A stretch of 64,000 nt of DNA from Perkinsus olseni (GCA_013115125.1 JABANN010000045.1:1-64000), one strand, 5' to 3'. Shown: positions 37,083 to 51,477, numbered from the stretch's first letter. Numbers and translations: made by a program. Notes: generated by a model from the sequence alone, not told the origin.

Positions 37083-38421
37083 CTAGCTGACCGGAACGAG
37101 CACAACGCCGTAAAGATACTTGAAACGTTTTGACGGGAGTCCGCCCTCAATGGGGGCCGGGCTCTCAGCATACAAGGACTCGTCAGGACACGTGTGCATA
37201 ATGGGGAGGAATTCCTCTGCTAGCTGCTCTGCCAGCCATTCTTTGGAGATGCCGCCAGCGCTCGCTTTGGGTCCCACCAGCTCGACATACCTGCATTAAC
37301 CTCATTCCATTCAATGCAAACTTCGGCAGTCCTCGTTACAGCGTACCTCGCCCAGAGTCTCTCCCCAACCAATGCCGAGGGGCCGTAAAGGCCATTAATG
37401 CCTTGCCTTCGATACGTACGGAGTGTCGAATGCACGTAGCCAAGGTGACGTTTGAAGCTCTGGCCATCGTCCGCATTGTCCCGGCCCCCATGAAGGCAAC
37501 ATTCACAGGAGGCGAAAGGCCAGGCCAGAACACACCACTGCCTGCTGGACGGACCGTTTGTGATGAAGAACTTGCGTTGGTTGTTGCCGTGAGGGTAGGC
37601 CATGACGAGGGAGTTATCGCCCGCTGCTGCGCATAGCTGCCGAGGCGCACCAGGGACGGGGTACAGTTGGAGACAGAACTGACAAACGCCACGCGATAAA
37701 GCTAGGGCCGCGCCCAAGCTTGTGCCACCGCACCGAGGTTACTTTCACGTCGGGGCAGCCGACAGTCCTTATCCTATCGTCCAGCTCCCTGAAACTCTGA
37801 CGCGTCACATCAGGATTGCCGCCGTGCTCATCTATGAGCCATTGAGCAGCGCTGATGCTCAACACTGTGTCAGCTACACCTGGCCGTAGAGGCCACCTGA
37901 AGGAATCGTGGCACATACTATCGAGGAATGCCGCCAGTGCAGCAGGGCTTACGGTTTGCCCATATCCATCAGCACTTTGTCGACAAGTCCGCCCCGGCCT
38001 TCAATCAGCTCCATCATCGCCATCGAGATGTCAGTGGCTACAATGAATCTGTTCCGCCTTGTGATTGCCCTTGTGGAGAACCCCGAGCCACAACCCAGTT
38101 CCAACCAGAGACCTGACGCGTACCGGCGAGTTATGAATCAGCCCATGCATAGAGGCGGGGGAGACGGTCATACGCAATTGGAGACTTCCGAGTGGAAACT
38201 CCCGTTCGACAGTCCTCAGATTCCCCACCTGCGCCATCGACCGAACCCTTGGTCTTCATCAGCTGCACTGCTGTTGCCGTGAGTTCCGCCTGGATCTTCT
38301 GATTGCTCACACTGCCGTACTTCTCAGCCTCTTCTGCCGACGAGTAGGCGTTACCGCCCGGACCAGCAACCACCTCAGGCTTGGTCGAGTCTCTCTGGCG
38401 TTTCCTTCCAGTGTGAGGCAT
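37083..38421 (-). CDS. Class I SAM methyltransferase, BUD23/WBSCR22-like, multi-exon
   Basis: KPEVVAGP..YSSAEEAEKY..NQKIQAELTATAVQL; motif I WLELGCGSGFS; DISMAM; PLRPGVADTVLSISAAQWL; CLQLYP. Confidence 0.75.
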
Positions 38422-38513
38422 CGTAAAGGAGAGCACCTCGAGACATATGATTCCATCAACACCGTCCGCTCCCCCACTAGCAGCAACACAAGGACAGAGG
38501 AATGGTGGGAAAT

Positions 38514-40401
38514 TCACATATGGCCCAGTGCCCGTAGCGGGTCCCCATGGGACCGGTATTGTTGTTGATGGGACTTAACCGCCTTAGAATGCACGTTCTC
38601 TACGTCTGATACGGTCTTGCGCATCTCCGACTGAAGCTGCTGTATGCAGATGGTCTGACCAGGGAAGAGCATCTCTATAGTCGGGAGCCTCGCAGCTTGT
38701 CGGGTACCTGGTCCTTAACAATCTTCAACAACTTCTGCTGGTCAGCACTCGATAGCTCCGCTGTCGACCCGGGCGCCCCAGGAGCTCCACTGCGCTGCTC
38801 CGCCATGCTGGCCTGAGACGAGGCGATCCATCCGCAGCCGGTAAAAAGGAGACACTACCTTGTAGCGAGCCTCAGCGAAACGCCCCTGTACAACAGCAGC
38901 CCGACGCTCCAACTCGGAGTAAGCAGCTTCAGCCTGAGGTGGTTGGCCCTTAGAAGCGATGATGGCCCGTACCGCAACTACCTGTGCATAGGCTCCCCCC
39001 ACCAACTGTTGCGGCTGCCGCGACTGCGCTAGCTTGTCGATGAGGGCCGCTACGTTGGTGAGCTTGCTGACTGACAATAGAAGCCTACTTAGCATGAAGC
39101 AGTGCCGCCGGACTTTACTTAGTTGTTGATGCCTTAGCCTGGCTTTCTCTAGCTCTTTCAGCGTAGTAACGGAGACATAACCTTCTAAGTTGGAATATTG
39201 AACCTGAGCAGCAGGGCCTGTCGCCGGCAAATATTCTCGAGTGACCCCGTAACCACAATATAGACCGGCTTCAACTATCAATCCCTCTTCCGGATTCTCA
39301 TCCCGGGAGCGGCTCCTCACGAATAGCGATGAGTCCGCGACTGCGGCAAGCTTCAACCTCGGGAGCGCCCCGCATCGGCCCGGGACACTCCGATGATTGC
39401 TACTTTAACGTTTTCCATCATCCCCTCAGCCTGAGCCACGAGCTTCTGCTGCTCGGAGACTCTCGATACCATCTGGTCAACTGACGTCATAGGCAGTGGG
39501 TAGGCCCACACACCCTGGGCTGCTGAGTCCGGACGATCCAGCATAGCCGGGCACAGGTCCTGAAGGCGCCATTCAACGGGAGGAGCTCAGCGTCGTCCTA
39601 ACCTTGGCCATTTGCCACTTCATCTGATCGGGCCCATGCACGGAGGACTGATACGGCTGGGCGAAAACTTGCATTGCTTGGTTTTTATTATCTGTCATTA
39701 CGTACCTGACAGCCTCTCGTTGCGCGAGTCAGAGAGGCTGACGGCAAAGGTGGTACGTGAAAGCGATCATTCGAGGCTGAGTGGCCGTGGTGATCTGATT
39801 CATTCGGCTTCCGAACTCGGCTATGGCGGCCTGTGCCTCTTGAGACGACTGCAAGCCGCCTGCTGCTGCCAAGCCTGAGCGGTAGCCAGACTCTCCTGGA
39901 CAAGTGTGAATTGGGTACCGCCCTATTACCGGATCCACTGCCAGCTGCCCCACCGAACAGCCCCCCACCACTGGACTGAGCACCACCTCCGAAAAGCCCA
40001 CCGCCGCTCGACTGAGCACCACCTCCGAACAGCCCTCCACCGCCACCACTACTGGCCGGCGCACCGAAGAGACCGCCTCCACCACTGCTCGGAGCCGATC
40101 CGAAGAGCCCTCCACCCGCGCTGCTGCTGGTAGCGCCACCGAACAGACCCCCACCAGTGTTGCCTCCCCCTCCAAACAGTCCTCCTCCTCCACTACTCGA
40201 AGCCCCCCCACCAAAGAGAGAACTTCCACTGCCCGGCGTTGATCCGAAAAGGCCGCCTCCAGAGCTCTGCTGAGCCGGGGTGCTGCCGAAGAGCCCCCCG
40301 CCCGCTGACGATTGGGGTGTCGAGCCGAACAGCCCTCCAGCCGAGCTCTGCGATCCCCCGCCAAACAAGCCAGTAGAAGAGCCAGTAGACGCTCCGAACA
40401 T
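38514..40401 (-). CDS. FG-repeat nucleoporin, Nup54-like, multi-exon
   Basis: N-terminal GGLFG repeats (MFGASTGSSTGLFGGG...), then WQMAK..PLPMTSVDQMVSRVSEQQ and coiled coils (LKELEKARLRHQQLSK). TGA at 38516-38514. Confidence 0.8.
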
Positions 40402-40595
40402 GCTGGCCTTACAACGCTAAATGCAAGGCCCCATTCCGCCATCCACTTTGAACCCAACACCTTCATCAACCTTAGACGTTTGAGGAAGCAATCTATGTCA
40501 GGAGAAAGTAGAAACGTAATAGAGGCTTCAAGCTTAGTCAACTGCAGTGATGATAATACTATACAGATGAGAATAATCATCACGACGACGATGTT

Positions 40596-42956
40596 CTAAT
40601 CAGAGTCGGAGTCGGAGTCAGGGAAGGGGATCGAGTTGATGCCTGTCTCGAGAGCTCCACCGCCACGCCACGAGGCTCGCTTCTTCTTAGCCATCTCCTT
40701 GCGGAAGTCTGGCAATACCACAACATCTTCGACTCGCGCTAGGGTACTACACTACTACCTTTACCACGAACCTTGATCAGGTCCGAAGCTGCCTTGTCAC
40801 CCCAGGTGTCACCAGCACCATGGCCGAACCTACACAGAGTAGTTCCAGGAAAGCTCCACCAAGGCAGCTTAGCAATTCTACCTCTTCTTTGCTTCATGAG
40901 TATTGTCCTTTCTCGAGGTCGTAAGATGGGAGATGTACCTGTCATTGGTCCCCTACCACCTGCACACTTGAAAGAGATACCTACTTGGACTCATCTATCC
41001 GCCTCCAGTGGTCTCCATGCTTCTTGCCAGAGGTAGCAGCAGACTCTCCTGTGCTGTCCTGCCACCATTCAGAAGAAGGCGCCTCGCTCCATTCCCATTC
41101 TTCGGAACTTTCGGGCGTCGTGGGAGCCTGCTCCTCGCTTTCTTCCGCGGGTTGCTCTGATAGGACACCCGCTACATCAATGACCCCCGACCCGTCGGTA
41201 ATACCAACAGAAGCCTTCTCCTCCTGCTCGTTCTCAACCTCTGCACTCTCTTCCTCGGCCTTCTTTGCTTCTGAGAGGCAACCTTGCACAAGCCAAGCGA
41301 ACTCAAATCCCGATCTTGAGCCGACGCCCAGAAGAGTATCACTAAACTCAGCCCGAACGACATTACTCTCGGACTGCTTCTTCTTGGTCACCACAGCTCC
41401 CCCTTCAGAAGCAATCTCCTCCTCCTCAATGGCCTCGTGCTTCCCTAAAGACGAAGGATCCGCGATCAATACCCAACCTCGCTCGGATAATCCCCGCGTT
41501 CTGCACTACTCTTCGAATGCTTCTTTTTCTTCTTGGGGGCCTCCTCTTCCTCCACTACTGCCTCGGGTTCCTCGACCTCCTCTACACTCTTGCGATGCTC
41601 TGAATGAAGCTTTGGTAATGCAACAAATCGCCCGTTCGTGATCGATGGTACTACTCTTCGAGTGCTTCTTCTTCTTGGGGGCCTCTTCCTCCTCTTCTTC
41701 TTCCACTACCTCCTCAGGTTCCTCGACCTCTTCTGCACTCTTGCGATGCTCTAAGTGAGGCCCGGATGGTAGAGCAAATCGCCAGACGTTTTCAACGGTA
41801 CTACTTTTCGAATGCTTCTTCTTCTTGGGAGCCTCCTCTTCCTCCACTACCTCCTCGGGCTCCTCGACCTCCTCTACACTCTTGCGATGCTCTAAGCCAG
41901 GTAAGAACAGAGATACCCAAGTTTCTCGGCAGTGATCAGCAACGATACTACTTTTCGAGTGCTTCTTCTTTTTCTTTGGAACCTCCTCCTCATCCTCGGA
42001 CTCCGCAGCGACCTCCTCTACCTCAGCTATCTTATGCTCTGAAAAAGATTCTCGAAATTGAATCGATCTTGGTTCGCCTCCACCCACAATACTTTTAGAG
42101 TGCTTCTTCTTTCTCTTCTTCTCGGGTTCGGCCGGCTCCTCAGCAGCGACTAAGAGGAGATCCCGATTACTCGACCGCAGTGCCGACACGCTCGGGAATA
42201 TAAAAGTTTACTACCCTCGGCCTCCTCCTCCTCCTGAGCGACCTCCTCCAGCTGACCATTCTCTGAAAAGAATATGTGAGAAGCTCTTCTACGACTCGGA
42301 GCTAGTCACAGCTCTAAGTTGTATAGGACAGCAAACACTGGGATCGAACACCTCAGGTGGTCGATGCTCACTCTTAGAATGCTTCTTTTTCTTTTTCTTC
42401 TCGACAATCTTAGTGGATTCGGGCTCTGAAGGGGAATCATCGTTGTCTTGATAACGCTCTGTCTCAATTCAAAAGACTCCCTATTTTACCTTCAGTGACT
42501 TCCTCCACCTCTGCCTCTTCTGCTGCTGCTAGCGCCTTCTCTAAGAAAAAACCACGGCCGTCGTAGCGCAAGTCACGAAGAGGCACTTTTCAACAATAAG
42601 TACTACTTTTCGAGTGCTTCTTTTTCTTCTTCTTTGCAGGCTCCTCGGCGTTGACCTCTACAAGCTCTTTCTCATCTGAGACGCCACCCATACTACGCTT
42701 AGTTCCAGCCAAGGAAAGAACGATGTAGACGAGATGCACATGCCTTGAAAATCAACCCAGCTAGACAGACGAGATCACCTTCGGCGGGTGCTGCTTGGAG
42801 CTCTTCACTGATCTCCTCCGCCTTGCGCTCTGAGAGAAGTCACGCTACGAAAGAGGGAGTTCAGCTTCAGCTCACTCTTGGAGTGTTTCTTCTTCCTCTT
42901 CTTCAACTCGACATCACCCTCGACATCAACTGCAGGACACGGAAGGCGAGCCATTG
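40596..42956 (-). CDS. SRP40/Nopp140-like nucleolar protein with repeated acidic/basic exons
   Basis: C-terminus TWGDKAASDLIKVRGK..FRKEMAKKKRASWRGGG..INSIPFPDSDSDSD* matches the SRP40_C pattern. Many EEVEEPEE..PKKKKHSKS repeats. 5' end uncertain. Confidence 0.8.
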
Positions 42957-43486
42957 ATGACTGGTATAAGTTGACTATCTACTCGACGCAACGCATTCGA
43001 GTATTCCCGCTGCCAAGTCCGAAGACAACCAAGCCTCCTTCAGTGAAAAACACCGGCCAGAAAAATCGAAGAAGTGCAATACTTGCAAATACCGAGTGTG
43101 AAGAAGCTTTGCATCGTAGCGGATTCGAAGTTCCCAGAATAATAGCTCGGGGGAATGGGTTGTTTCGACTTGATCACTCGGTAGCGCGGCGACGAGGAAA
43201 AAAGCGGCCACCGGGGATCGAACCCACGCCGTCAAGCGGTCACCGTCACCGGGGATATGACCTTCCTCTGGGCGACTCGCTCGCGGATCAGTCTCCATTG
43301 AGGACCAATGTACCTCCGGAGAAGGTCTTCAACGATTGGAGATAACATCATGCGTCGTCGTTCAAGACTCATTAACACAACGCTCGGATGGTTTTGTGGC
43401 AACATCAACAACAAAAAGCATCACAAACATTGTTTTATGGTGGGAATCAATAATCTGAGTCGCGGAGTATCGTACGAAGTCGCATG

Positions 43487-44964
43487 TCAACAGCAAGTTT
43501 CGAATAGATCAGGGCCTTCAAGAAGCAGGTTAGCCAAGTGAAATATGTCTTGTCCTTCAGCCCAGGAGTATTTAGGGACTCTGTAGTGATCCTTATAATG
43601 AAGGGTGGAGTATGGTCCACGCCAATGGTCTAGGTTATCCGGCTTTCTGGGGTGTACCTTGCCTGTTAAGAGCCACATTACAACACCCTGAGATATATCA
43701 ATATCAGTCATGAGGTCAGCCTCTGGGACACCCTCTTTCTGTGCTATGTACTTCACATAGTTTCGGAATCGCTGATCGCACTTCTCAACCATGTAGGGTT
43801 TGTCAGACAGTTTGGATGGGTCGGGAACGACCTGGTCCGCACCCTCTTCCAACTCCCTCAATCGATCCTCGTCGAACTTGAGCTCCATCTCCCTGAATGT
43901 TAGAAGGAGCAATAGAGTAAAGGGCAGCAGCAGCAGAGTCGGGAGGAAAACACTTGTGGTCCACAATAGTGGAGCGAACTACACCTGCAAACTGATCTCA
44001 GCAATGAGCCCTTACGGTATATAGCGATCAAGAGTCGTGGATAATCTTGTTATCTGAAGAGGCTGCCCGGGTGCGGGTGTATCGAGATTGACCCATGTAA
44101 CCCATTGTACCTACGAAGACAAGGCTGTTGGACAAAGGCAATCAGGGGGGATGACCGACGAATTGTGCCTTTCTCTTGGAGACGTAGCGATACAGGAACT
44201 CTAGCTGCATGTCTTCACATCCGTGGGAAGGACCTCTCCAATGAAGGTCATTTTGAGACACATACGAGGAGAAATACTTGAGCTTCGAGCGTGACGGCCT
44301 TGGAAAGGGCAAGGTACTTGGGTACGGAGCTAGATTCAGGGCTCCTTGCATCCGTGCAAGCATCTCCTCCTCCCAAGGGGGTATGCCACCGATCTCCTTC
44401 ATTAGATGACGTTTAAGGGAAGGCACCCTGTCTGTAAGGTTCTTCTCTGTAGCGTTCTGGGCCTCAATTGAAAAGCCGGTTCCAACGCCCTTGAAACGCC
44501 TTGTGAGATGAGCATCCATCGAGACGTCGAGGAAGAATCCATACCTAAGAGTGATGAGCATACCGCATGGCCTGTGAAGGAAGAAGACTATTTCATCACG
44601 TTGAGTTGGTCAGATCCCGGACGATATACTTCACGCGCCCTTCAGCATCACAACCAACAGCACACTGAAAGGAATGACCAGATGGTCAGACGCTCCCTGC
44701 TCAAGCCGCATCACATGCTCTTTATCAACCTCAGAACGTGTATCACAAAAGTTCGCTCGATATTTGGTTGCCCGCTGCTCAGATCGAGTACTCGTAGCCT
44801 GTGGAATGACAAGAGAATCTCGACTGTGAATCTTCATTCACATTGAATGAGAGGCTCACCTCCGAAGTAACTGGAGGGTCACGCGTTGGACTCCCTTTCA
44901 ATATCCCTTCCACCAAGTGAAGCGTCAGTGTTACGAATATAGAGGAGAACAATGAAGTTGGCAT
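43487..44964 (-). CDS. Hypothetical protein(s), lineage-specific; possible N-terminal signal peptide
   Basis: Consecutive minus-strand ORFs (44779-44964 MPTSLFSSIFVTLTLHLVEG; 44142-44561; 43487-43966) with protein-like composition. Exon linkage not resolved. Confidence 0.4.
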
Positions 44965-45901
44965 GAGTACGGTGGCTACGATGAAGCTACTATGGGGATC
45001 GACTCGATCCGATCGACTCTGTCACGGTACCCTCCATTGACGGTACCTTCCGCTACCCCGTTGGGGGTAGCGGGCAGTTGCAACCCATGAATTAGAGTCT
45101 ATCAATCAGCGATCTGCTTCAGCGACACTTCTAGGTTGTGGCGCTGATGCGTACCCGAAATGACGAACAGATGACTTCATGTTCATGCTAGAGTCTATAG
45201 AAGAACCTCTACCTGAACAGGCTCTCGTATATCAGACGAGAAGATTAACGATCTCATAAAGCAACTGACAGCATAAGTCAACGCTGACTATGCCTTCGAC
45301 CTCATCATCATCATCGCCGACTAATGGGACGACAGATTCTGTCAAAGTACCGAGAGAACAGGCAAGAGGAATGGTTGATGCGCCCATAACCATCATGAGG
45401 GCTCTCTTGGATCAAAGACGGACAGCTTCGCTAGAACACAAGTGAGCTTGATCATTTCCGAGCTGGGCCGGCGTGAAGAGGTTTGCTTCTCTTGGATGAT
45501 GCACAAAATTCGCAATAAGATACTGCTGTTGCAAATGGGGTGCGCCCGAGAGACGGGCCCAGAACGCCGGCGCACTCTATTCGCAACGATTACTATTGAG
45601 CAACCTACAGCGTAGGCCCTTGAAGGCGCAACTATCGGAGAACGGAGAAACCGAGATGCCTCGTCGATAGCCACGACGTCGGTGAGCCAATTCACCAGTG
45701 CTCGGCAGTGACAACTCTACACAGACAACAGGTGATGCCTAGGAACGAGAGGTGGCTGTCATAAGATGATAACGACAGATCACAACCAGCGGCGAAAGAA
45801 AGCACTCAACGGTAGTTACAGTCCACCACCACGTGAATGCAAAGTAGCAGTGGTAGTAGTAGTTCGGGAAGGTATACACCATTATCGTGAAGAAGGACGA
45901 A

Positions 45902-47227
45902 TCATTCGTGCAGGCCCATCAGTCGCAAAACACTTTCCTTGTCAAGCAAGTTCTGGAAAACCGTATGGTTCTCTGATGTTGCTTGCTGTACGCTGTCAAG
46001 TTGCTCAGCAGTGAATGTCCCTGTAGTGACTCCAATGGCGAAGGCACCCTGAAATGATGAATAACCATTATAAAATACGGTAGAATACAACGGTCACTGA
46101 TGGCCGTTCCCTCACCCCGTCAATCGCAGCTTCGATGTCGCTCGGAGCATCGCCGACATGAAAGTGCCTGAGAGTGAATGATCGCTGATACTCATACGAC
46201 AGACTAGCTCGTAGGGAGGAGGAGGCGACTCGAGTCGAGGAGAGAGCATTCAGATGGAGCCACCGAACCACAATGCTCGCATGAGCATTGCGCAGTCTAA
46301 GACAGGGACCCTAGAGCGGAAAGCGTAGGGGAGGTCGGCGAACTTACTTTACTATATCAGGAAAAACGGAGTCAGCCTTGCTGCGGGCCATACGAACAAG
46401 CTCCGTTCGATAAGGCGAGTCGTTACCTCCGAAGGCACCAACCTGAGGATGTGATAACCTCTACAGCATGATGTGTGATGAGCGGAAGAATGATTACTCT
46501 AATCGGGTCAGTGGTGAAGTATTGCTCGATGCCTAGGGCACGCATCTTCGCCCAACCAATAGACTCGACGTTGCCTGTGACCAAACCAACGATGACCTGT
46601 CAAAAAGGAGGGCATGGTGACCCGTCCAATTCAATCAGCAGACCGCAAGGAGGCAGTCCTACCTTGTCTTTGTAGTTCTCAGAGAGCGTTTTCAACAACG
46701 ACTCGACACCCGGTAAGATCTCCAAACCCTCACCGAACTTCTCGAAATGTTCACGTCCGAATTTGTCCATAACCTGAGGGTCTACGAAATGGCTCGGCGG
46801 AACGGTCCTCCCAAAGTGGTCATAGGGGAGGCGAAGACCGTACCTTCATAACGGCGGCAACCTTATCGTCGGTAACTTCCTCAGGCGGGCATCCGTAGTG
46901 GACAGCGAGATCTCTCGCGATCAACATGTCAGTCATACCATGATGAGGAATCTGAAAGAGAAATGCCGGTTGCCTTCGAAGACCTCTGCCGGTGGCACTA
47001 AGCTAAGGGGCCCACGCCAGCACAGCTCATTTCTCAACTCTTACAGCAGTAACGTCCGCATCGTCGGTGTCGAAGACCGCCTTCATGCCAGCAGCGAATG
47101 CTAGATGGTGCCATCTGTTGCGCTCAGCGCTATTGGCCCCTACTGACCGAACAAGTGTTCCGTCGACATCAAAGGTCACTAGAATACGGGTGCCTTGCTG
47201 CTGCTGTTGCTGGACGGCGGTGGACAT
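45902..47227 (-). CDS. HAD-superfamily hydrolase, multi-exon
   Basis: Motif I LVTFDVDGTLV; HHGMTD; ILPGV; motif II GLVTGN; motif IV HVGDAPSDIEAA; IGVTTG. Confidence 0.9.
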
Positions 47228-47667
47228 ACTGGCTTCACCAGAAGTAATCAGACGTAAGTTAAACTGCGCTTCAAAGTAGACCGATGTCGGGAACACCTCC
47301 TCCTCCTTCTTGAGCACCAGGACGAGGAAACAACGTCACAGGAGAACTCAACACCTTCGGACCTATAAAACCTATAAGACATGTAATATTAGCAAGCAAA
47401 CTATTTGCAACCCGGCCGGAACTCGTTTGAGACCAGTAGCCAGTAGCCAGTCGCAGCGTTTAGTCAAGTATAAGAGGTGAGGACGAGGGCATATCGGAGT
47501 CACTCGACAGTGGTCCGATAAAGTACAGAAGAGTTTCACCTACGCTATGGCATAACTACCGGAAACGACAGTTGCTAGAGAACTCGATAGTGATAAGGCA
47601 TGATATAATCGTTATAGTACGTCGAAACACAGAGAGGTGAACTGGCGGGCAGCGGCGGCGGTTAACT

Positions 47668-50600
47668 CTAAGCCGTAGGGTTGTCCCCTCCAAACGCTGG
47701 CGGCGCGGACCTGAAAGGCCCAGATATATCAGCCGGGCCGTGGACCGCGGGCTCGACAAACCAGGTAATGGTTCTTGCGAGGGGTGAGGGAAGGCAGGGA
47801 TGAATAGTGTACCCGAACTCACCCTTTCCTGTGATGCAGACCCTGATGCGAGAACTCTCCCAACTCCATATCGTAGCCTCTGCTGGCTTGCAGTAGTTCC
47901 TCGTTTACATAACGACGTGCTCTCCGAGGTGCAGGGGAATGATGAGCACTACTGCCGAATGCTACCTACAAAAGCATGAGAGGCTCTCAGGCGATGAGCC
48001 AAGGCCAGATCGCTCCGCCCACCGCCTACCTCTTCGCCCCAGCGCTCAACTGAAAGCATTCGTTTATGGTACGTGATGGGCTCGTAGTACTTGTCGATGA
48101 CCACCATTTCGTGGATCAGGTCCTCGGCCTGATGACGATGAGACAGTTGAGGTAGCGAACACCAGCCGTCAGTGTTCTACCTTCGCGAGCACAGCATGAT
48201 CTGTCTTCTTTACCGACTTCACAATAATCCGTTTGCCGGCGTGGCTGTACCTGAAAAGACGGACTGGACACTGGTGTCACGTCGGGAGCTATTTGACTAT
48301 CGGTTCTCAACAAAGGACGGCGGTCGTGTTGTACGTGAATGACTTTGACAAGACCATCAACAAGTGTGGGAAACCCACAGTCCCTCGGCCGCCACAGAGA
48401 ACTACCGTTCGGCGAGGGTGTTGATGGCTTCCATGGCGCTGTATCCGTGAATATCAGCATTCTGACAATGGAGTTCGGCCGTGTCTGGATCAGACGCTAT
48501 ATCGAAGGCTTCTAGGAAGTCCGATGAGGAGGCGAAGCAGAGGGGACCATGCAGGTCATAGACCTAGACAAGATTACACGATCGAGTGGGCATAGGGTAG
48601 GGGGATGGTCACCTTGAGTTCATCAGTGCTCATATCCGGACGTTCGACTACACTCAGGCTCTTGTGGCTCTGCCAGGAGAATAAAAGGGCCTACCAAGGA
48701 ACTCGAGAGCTCACCCAGGAACTCATCAACACCCGAGAGCCTGCTCGACAACAGGTGCTCACTTGAAGGCACACGCCGACTCCCACGGCGATCGCCAGGT
48801 CAGTGAGAAGGGTCACCACGGTCACGACTACTATTATGAGTACATCCCCACGGGGAAGCTTCCTCGAGCCCCGAAGGATATACCGTTGGACCAGTTTGTT
48901 CCTGAAAAGGACAACACTAGAGAGCCCGCCTCAGAGATGCCACCTATGCTCACGAGCGCATCTGCTTGGTCATGAAGGCCGCCGCTACCATACCGAATGT
49001 CGACCACTCGAAGGTGTGGATAACCACGCAGAACATGACACCCACCAGGGCCGCAATAGGGATGATGTTGATGGCGTGGTAGACGAACTGAACGGGGGGA
49101 AGCAATGACTTCACAGCATCGCCAGAAACACGGATACGGGGAGCAAAGGTTATGGGATCCCCATTGAAGTCTCATCAGCTAACTACAGCCGTCTACTACA
49201 CTGACGTTCACGGAAGAGGTCGAGAGTATCTTACGACCTCGTGGATTACCAGGAGTATGAATAGTGTAAAGATACCCGCCACAAATCCAGAGAGCCTTGA
49301 AGTGCCGCCAGACTTGATGTTGATCATCGACTGTCCGATCATAGCACAGCCGCCCATACCGCCGAACGTACCTAGCAGGGCCAAACTGATACGAATTGGC
49401 GGGGAAACTCCGGTGGATATAGTTTCATAAAGGCGCATGCAACGAAACACGGCGATCCCGAATTCAGTCGGTTAAACAAGCTTGAGGGCTACCTTTCTTT
49501 CAAATTCGGCAGTGACCTACCAGTAATAAGCTGCGCCAGCCCCTGCCCCCAACACTCCCTATTAGGGTTCCCTTTGGTCTGCGTTATCTCATCAATCAGG
49601 TTCAGCGTTAGCAGTGACTCGATAATCCCTGAGCATCATGGACGGCGTAGGGTGGAACCAACAGGAAAATCTTCAAGTCTTCGATATACAGCTGTACTGT
49701 AGAGGACTCACCGATAAGAGCAATGACTATGGCATGAGGGAAAATGAAGGTGAACAGATCCCAATCGAAGGTCGGTAGGTGCCAACGATCGTCGAACCAT
49801 ATAGGTATGGGGAAGTAGCCCTGAGGCGGCGGAGGTGGGAGCCAGCCGGCTGCCAGTACTCAGTGCGCTCCTCACCTTCACCGAGGCTATGTCCTCCACG
49901 AGGCGAGTAGGCCATCCAACCTGCCTGTATATACCCCATTCAACACCGGTGGCGATGACAATGCCTGAAAATACAACAACACTGAAATTGGGCGAGATCA
50001 CCGCTAGTGACTTACCCGTGAGGGCACTGGGGAATCGAGTGAACTTTGGCAGTACGAAAGTGACGGTCATGGTGATCGCCACCAGAAGGAGCATCTTGAG
50101 GATATCATCCCAAGGCAGCCACGGCTCGCCATCGGTAAGGACCTACGACCCAACACAGTCATCACCGAACACCATTACCCGGATCGAATTAGCTGCACTT
50201 CCACCAGCAGGAAGAATCGACAGCCCATTCCACCACACGAGCAGTCGCCAACAGTCGCTGCCAAGATCTCACCTCGAAGGCTGTGAGCCTTCGCGCCGGG
50301 CCGACAGCATTTCCTTGCGTCCACTTGAACGCCTCAAGCTGGGCGAGAAAGATAACAATCGCCAGACCGTCCACGAAGCCTATCATCACCTGAAGGAGCT
50401 TCCTTCAGGGGACACACAATCCGCGGCGAGAAAATAGCAGAACGCGATGCTACTACCGGTGCTGATATCATGCGCAGGAGTTTACCAGCCCGGAAAACGC
50501 CGAACAGGATTTGAATAACTCCAGCCAACATGACCGTGTAGAAGAGGTACCCTATGCCTGGCAAGCATCAGCCCAGTGCCGACCCAGTATGGCTGGCCTA

Positions 50601-51477
50601 CAGTAGTAGCCGTACCTTTAGCTACGATGGGCGGCATGACCACTGCTGTGGAGCCGGTAGCTCCCGATATCTGACCAGGGCGGCCGCCAGCAAGAGACGT
50701 GATCACGCCCATCATCCACGCTGCCTGAGACGGTACGACTGATACACGCCCGACATGGCGAACAGGAGTTGAGCTTACCTGCAGTCCAACGACCGGGTCA
50801 ACGTTTGCGACGAATGAAAACGCTACAGCTTCCGGCACCTAACAGGAAGCCATGTAACAAGGCGTTAGAGAGCGGCAGCGATCGGGGCGAGGAAAGCCTG
50901 CGCGAGACGCCAGCAAGTTGCGACTAGAACCTGGGCCAATGCCACTGTAAGGCCACTGAGGAAATCCAGTTTATGAAGCTTCAGCCATCGCCATGTCCAT
51001 TTACCCCAACCCTGGGCCTTCTTTAACACAGCAGACTTCTCGCTACCGGACTCTCCACTACTGCTAACCTGCGGAACAAACGCTTGCTCGGAGGCCGACG
51101 ATGCCCTTCCGTGATAAAGTCCCCACCGAGTGGAAGAGTTTCGAAGAGCACTATTGTCCAGAATCGGCGGGACAGCCGGCGTCCTCTGTGCTGAGAGACT
51201 GTACCATGCACAGCACAATATATGAGGAAAACTTCAAACAATGAAGTCCCCGTGGCTGAAAGTCCATTCATGTTTCGCCACTCAGCCGTACGATGGAGTG
51301 GCAATGGACCGAGTCGACTCTATGACTGACGACATCCGGTACTACGTCATGTGAGAGGCTCGCCTCATAGATTGGGCTCGGCTCAGAAGACTCCGACGGC
51401 GTGAAATCCTTAGCCTCTGCTGAACCTGCGTCGCGATCGACCCGGACTGGATCGTCACTGGCCTGCCGAGAGTCCAT
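47668..51477 (-). CDS. SulP/SLC26 anion transporter with STAS domain, multi-exon
   Basis: [97 protein letters not shown]. 3' end approximate. Confidence 0.9.

Noticed and set aside
39940-40401. GC-rich short repeats that could suggest a CRISPR or satellite array
   Set aside because: They are coding GGLFG repeats of the nucleoporin; there is no repeat-spacer structure and the DNA is eukaryotic.
44962-44982. Minus-strand cgtagccaccgtactcATG as an SL relic (similar short matches at ~13224 and ~207)
   Set aside because: The matches are too short (about 8-10 nt) to distinguish from chance.
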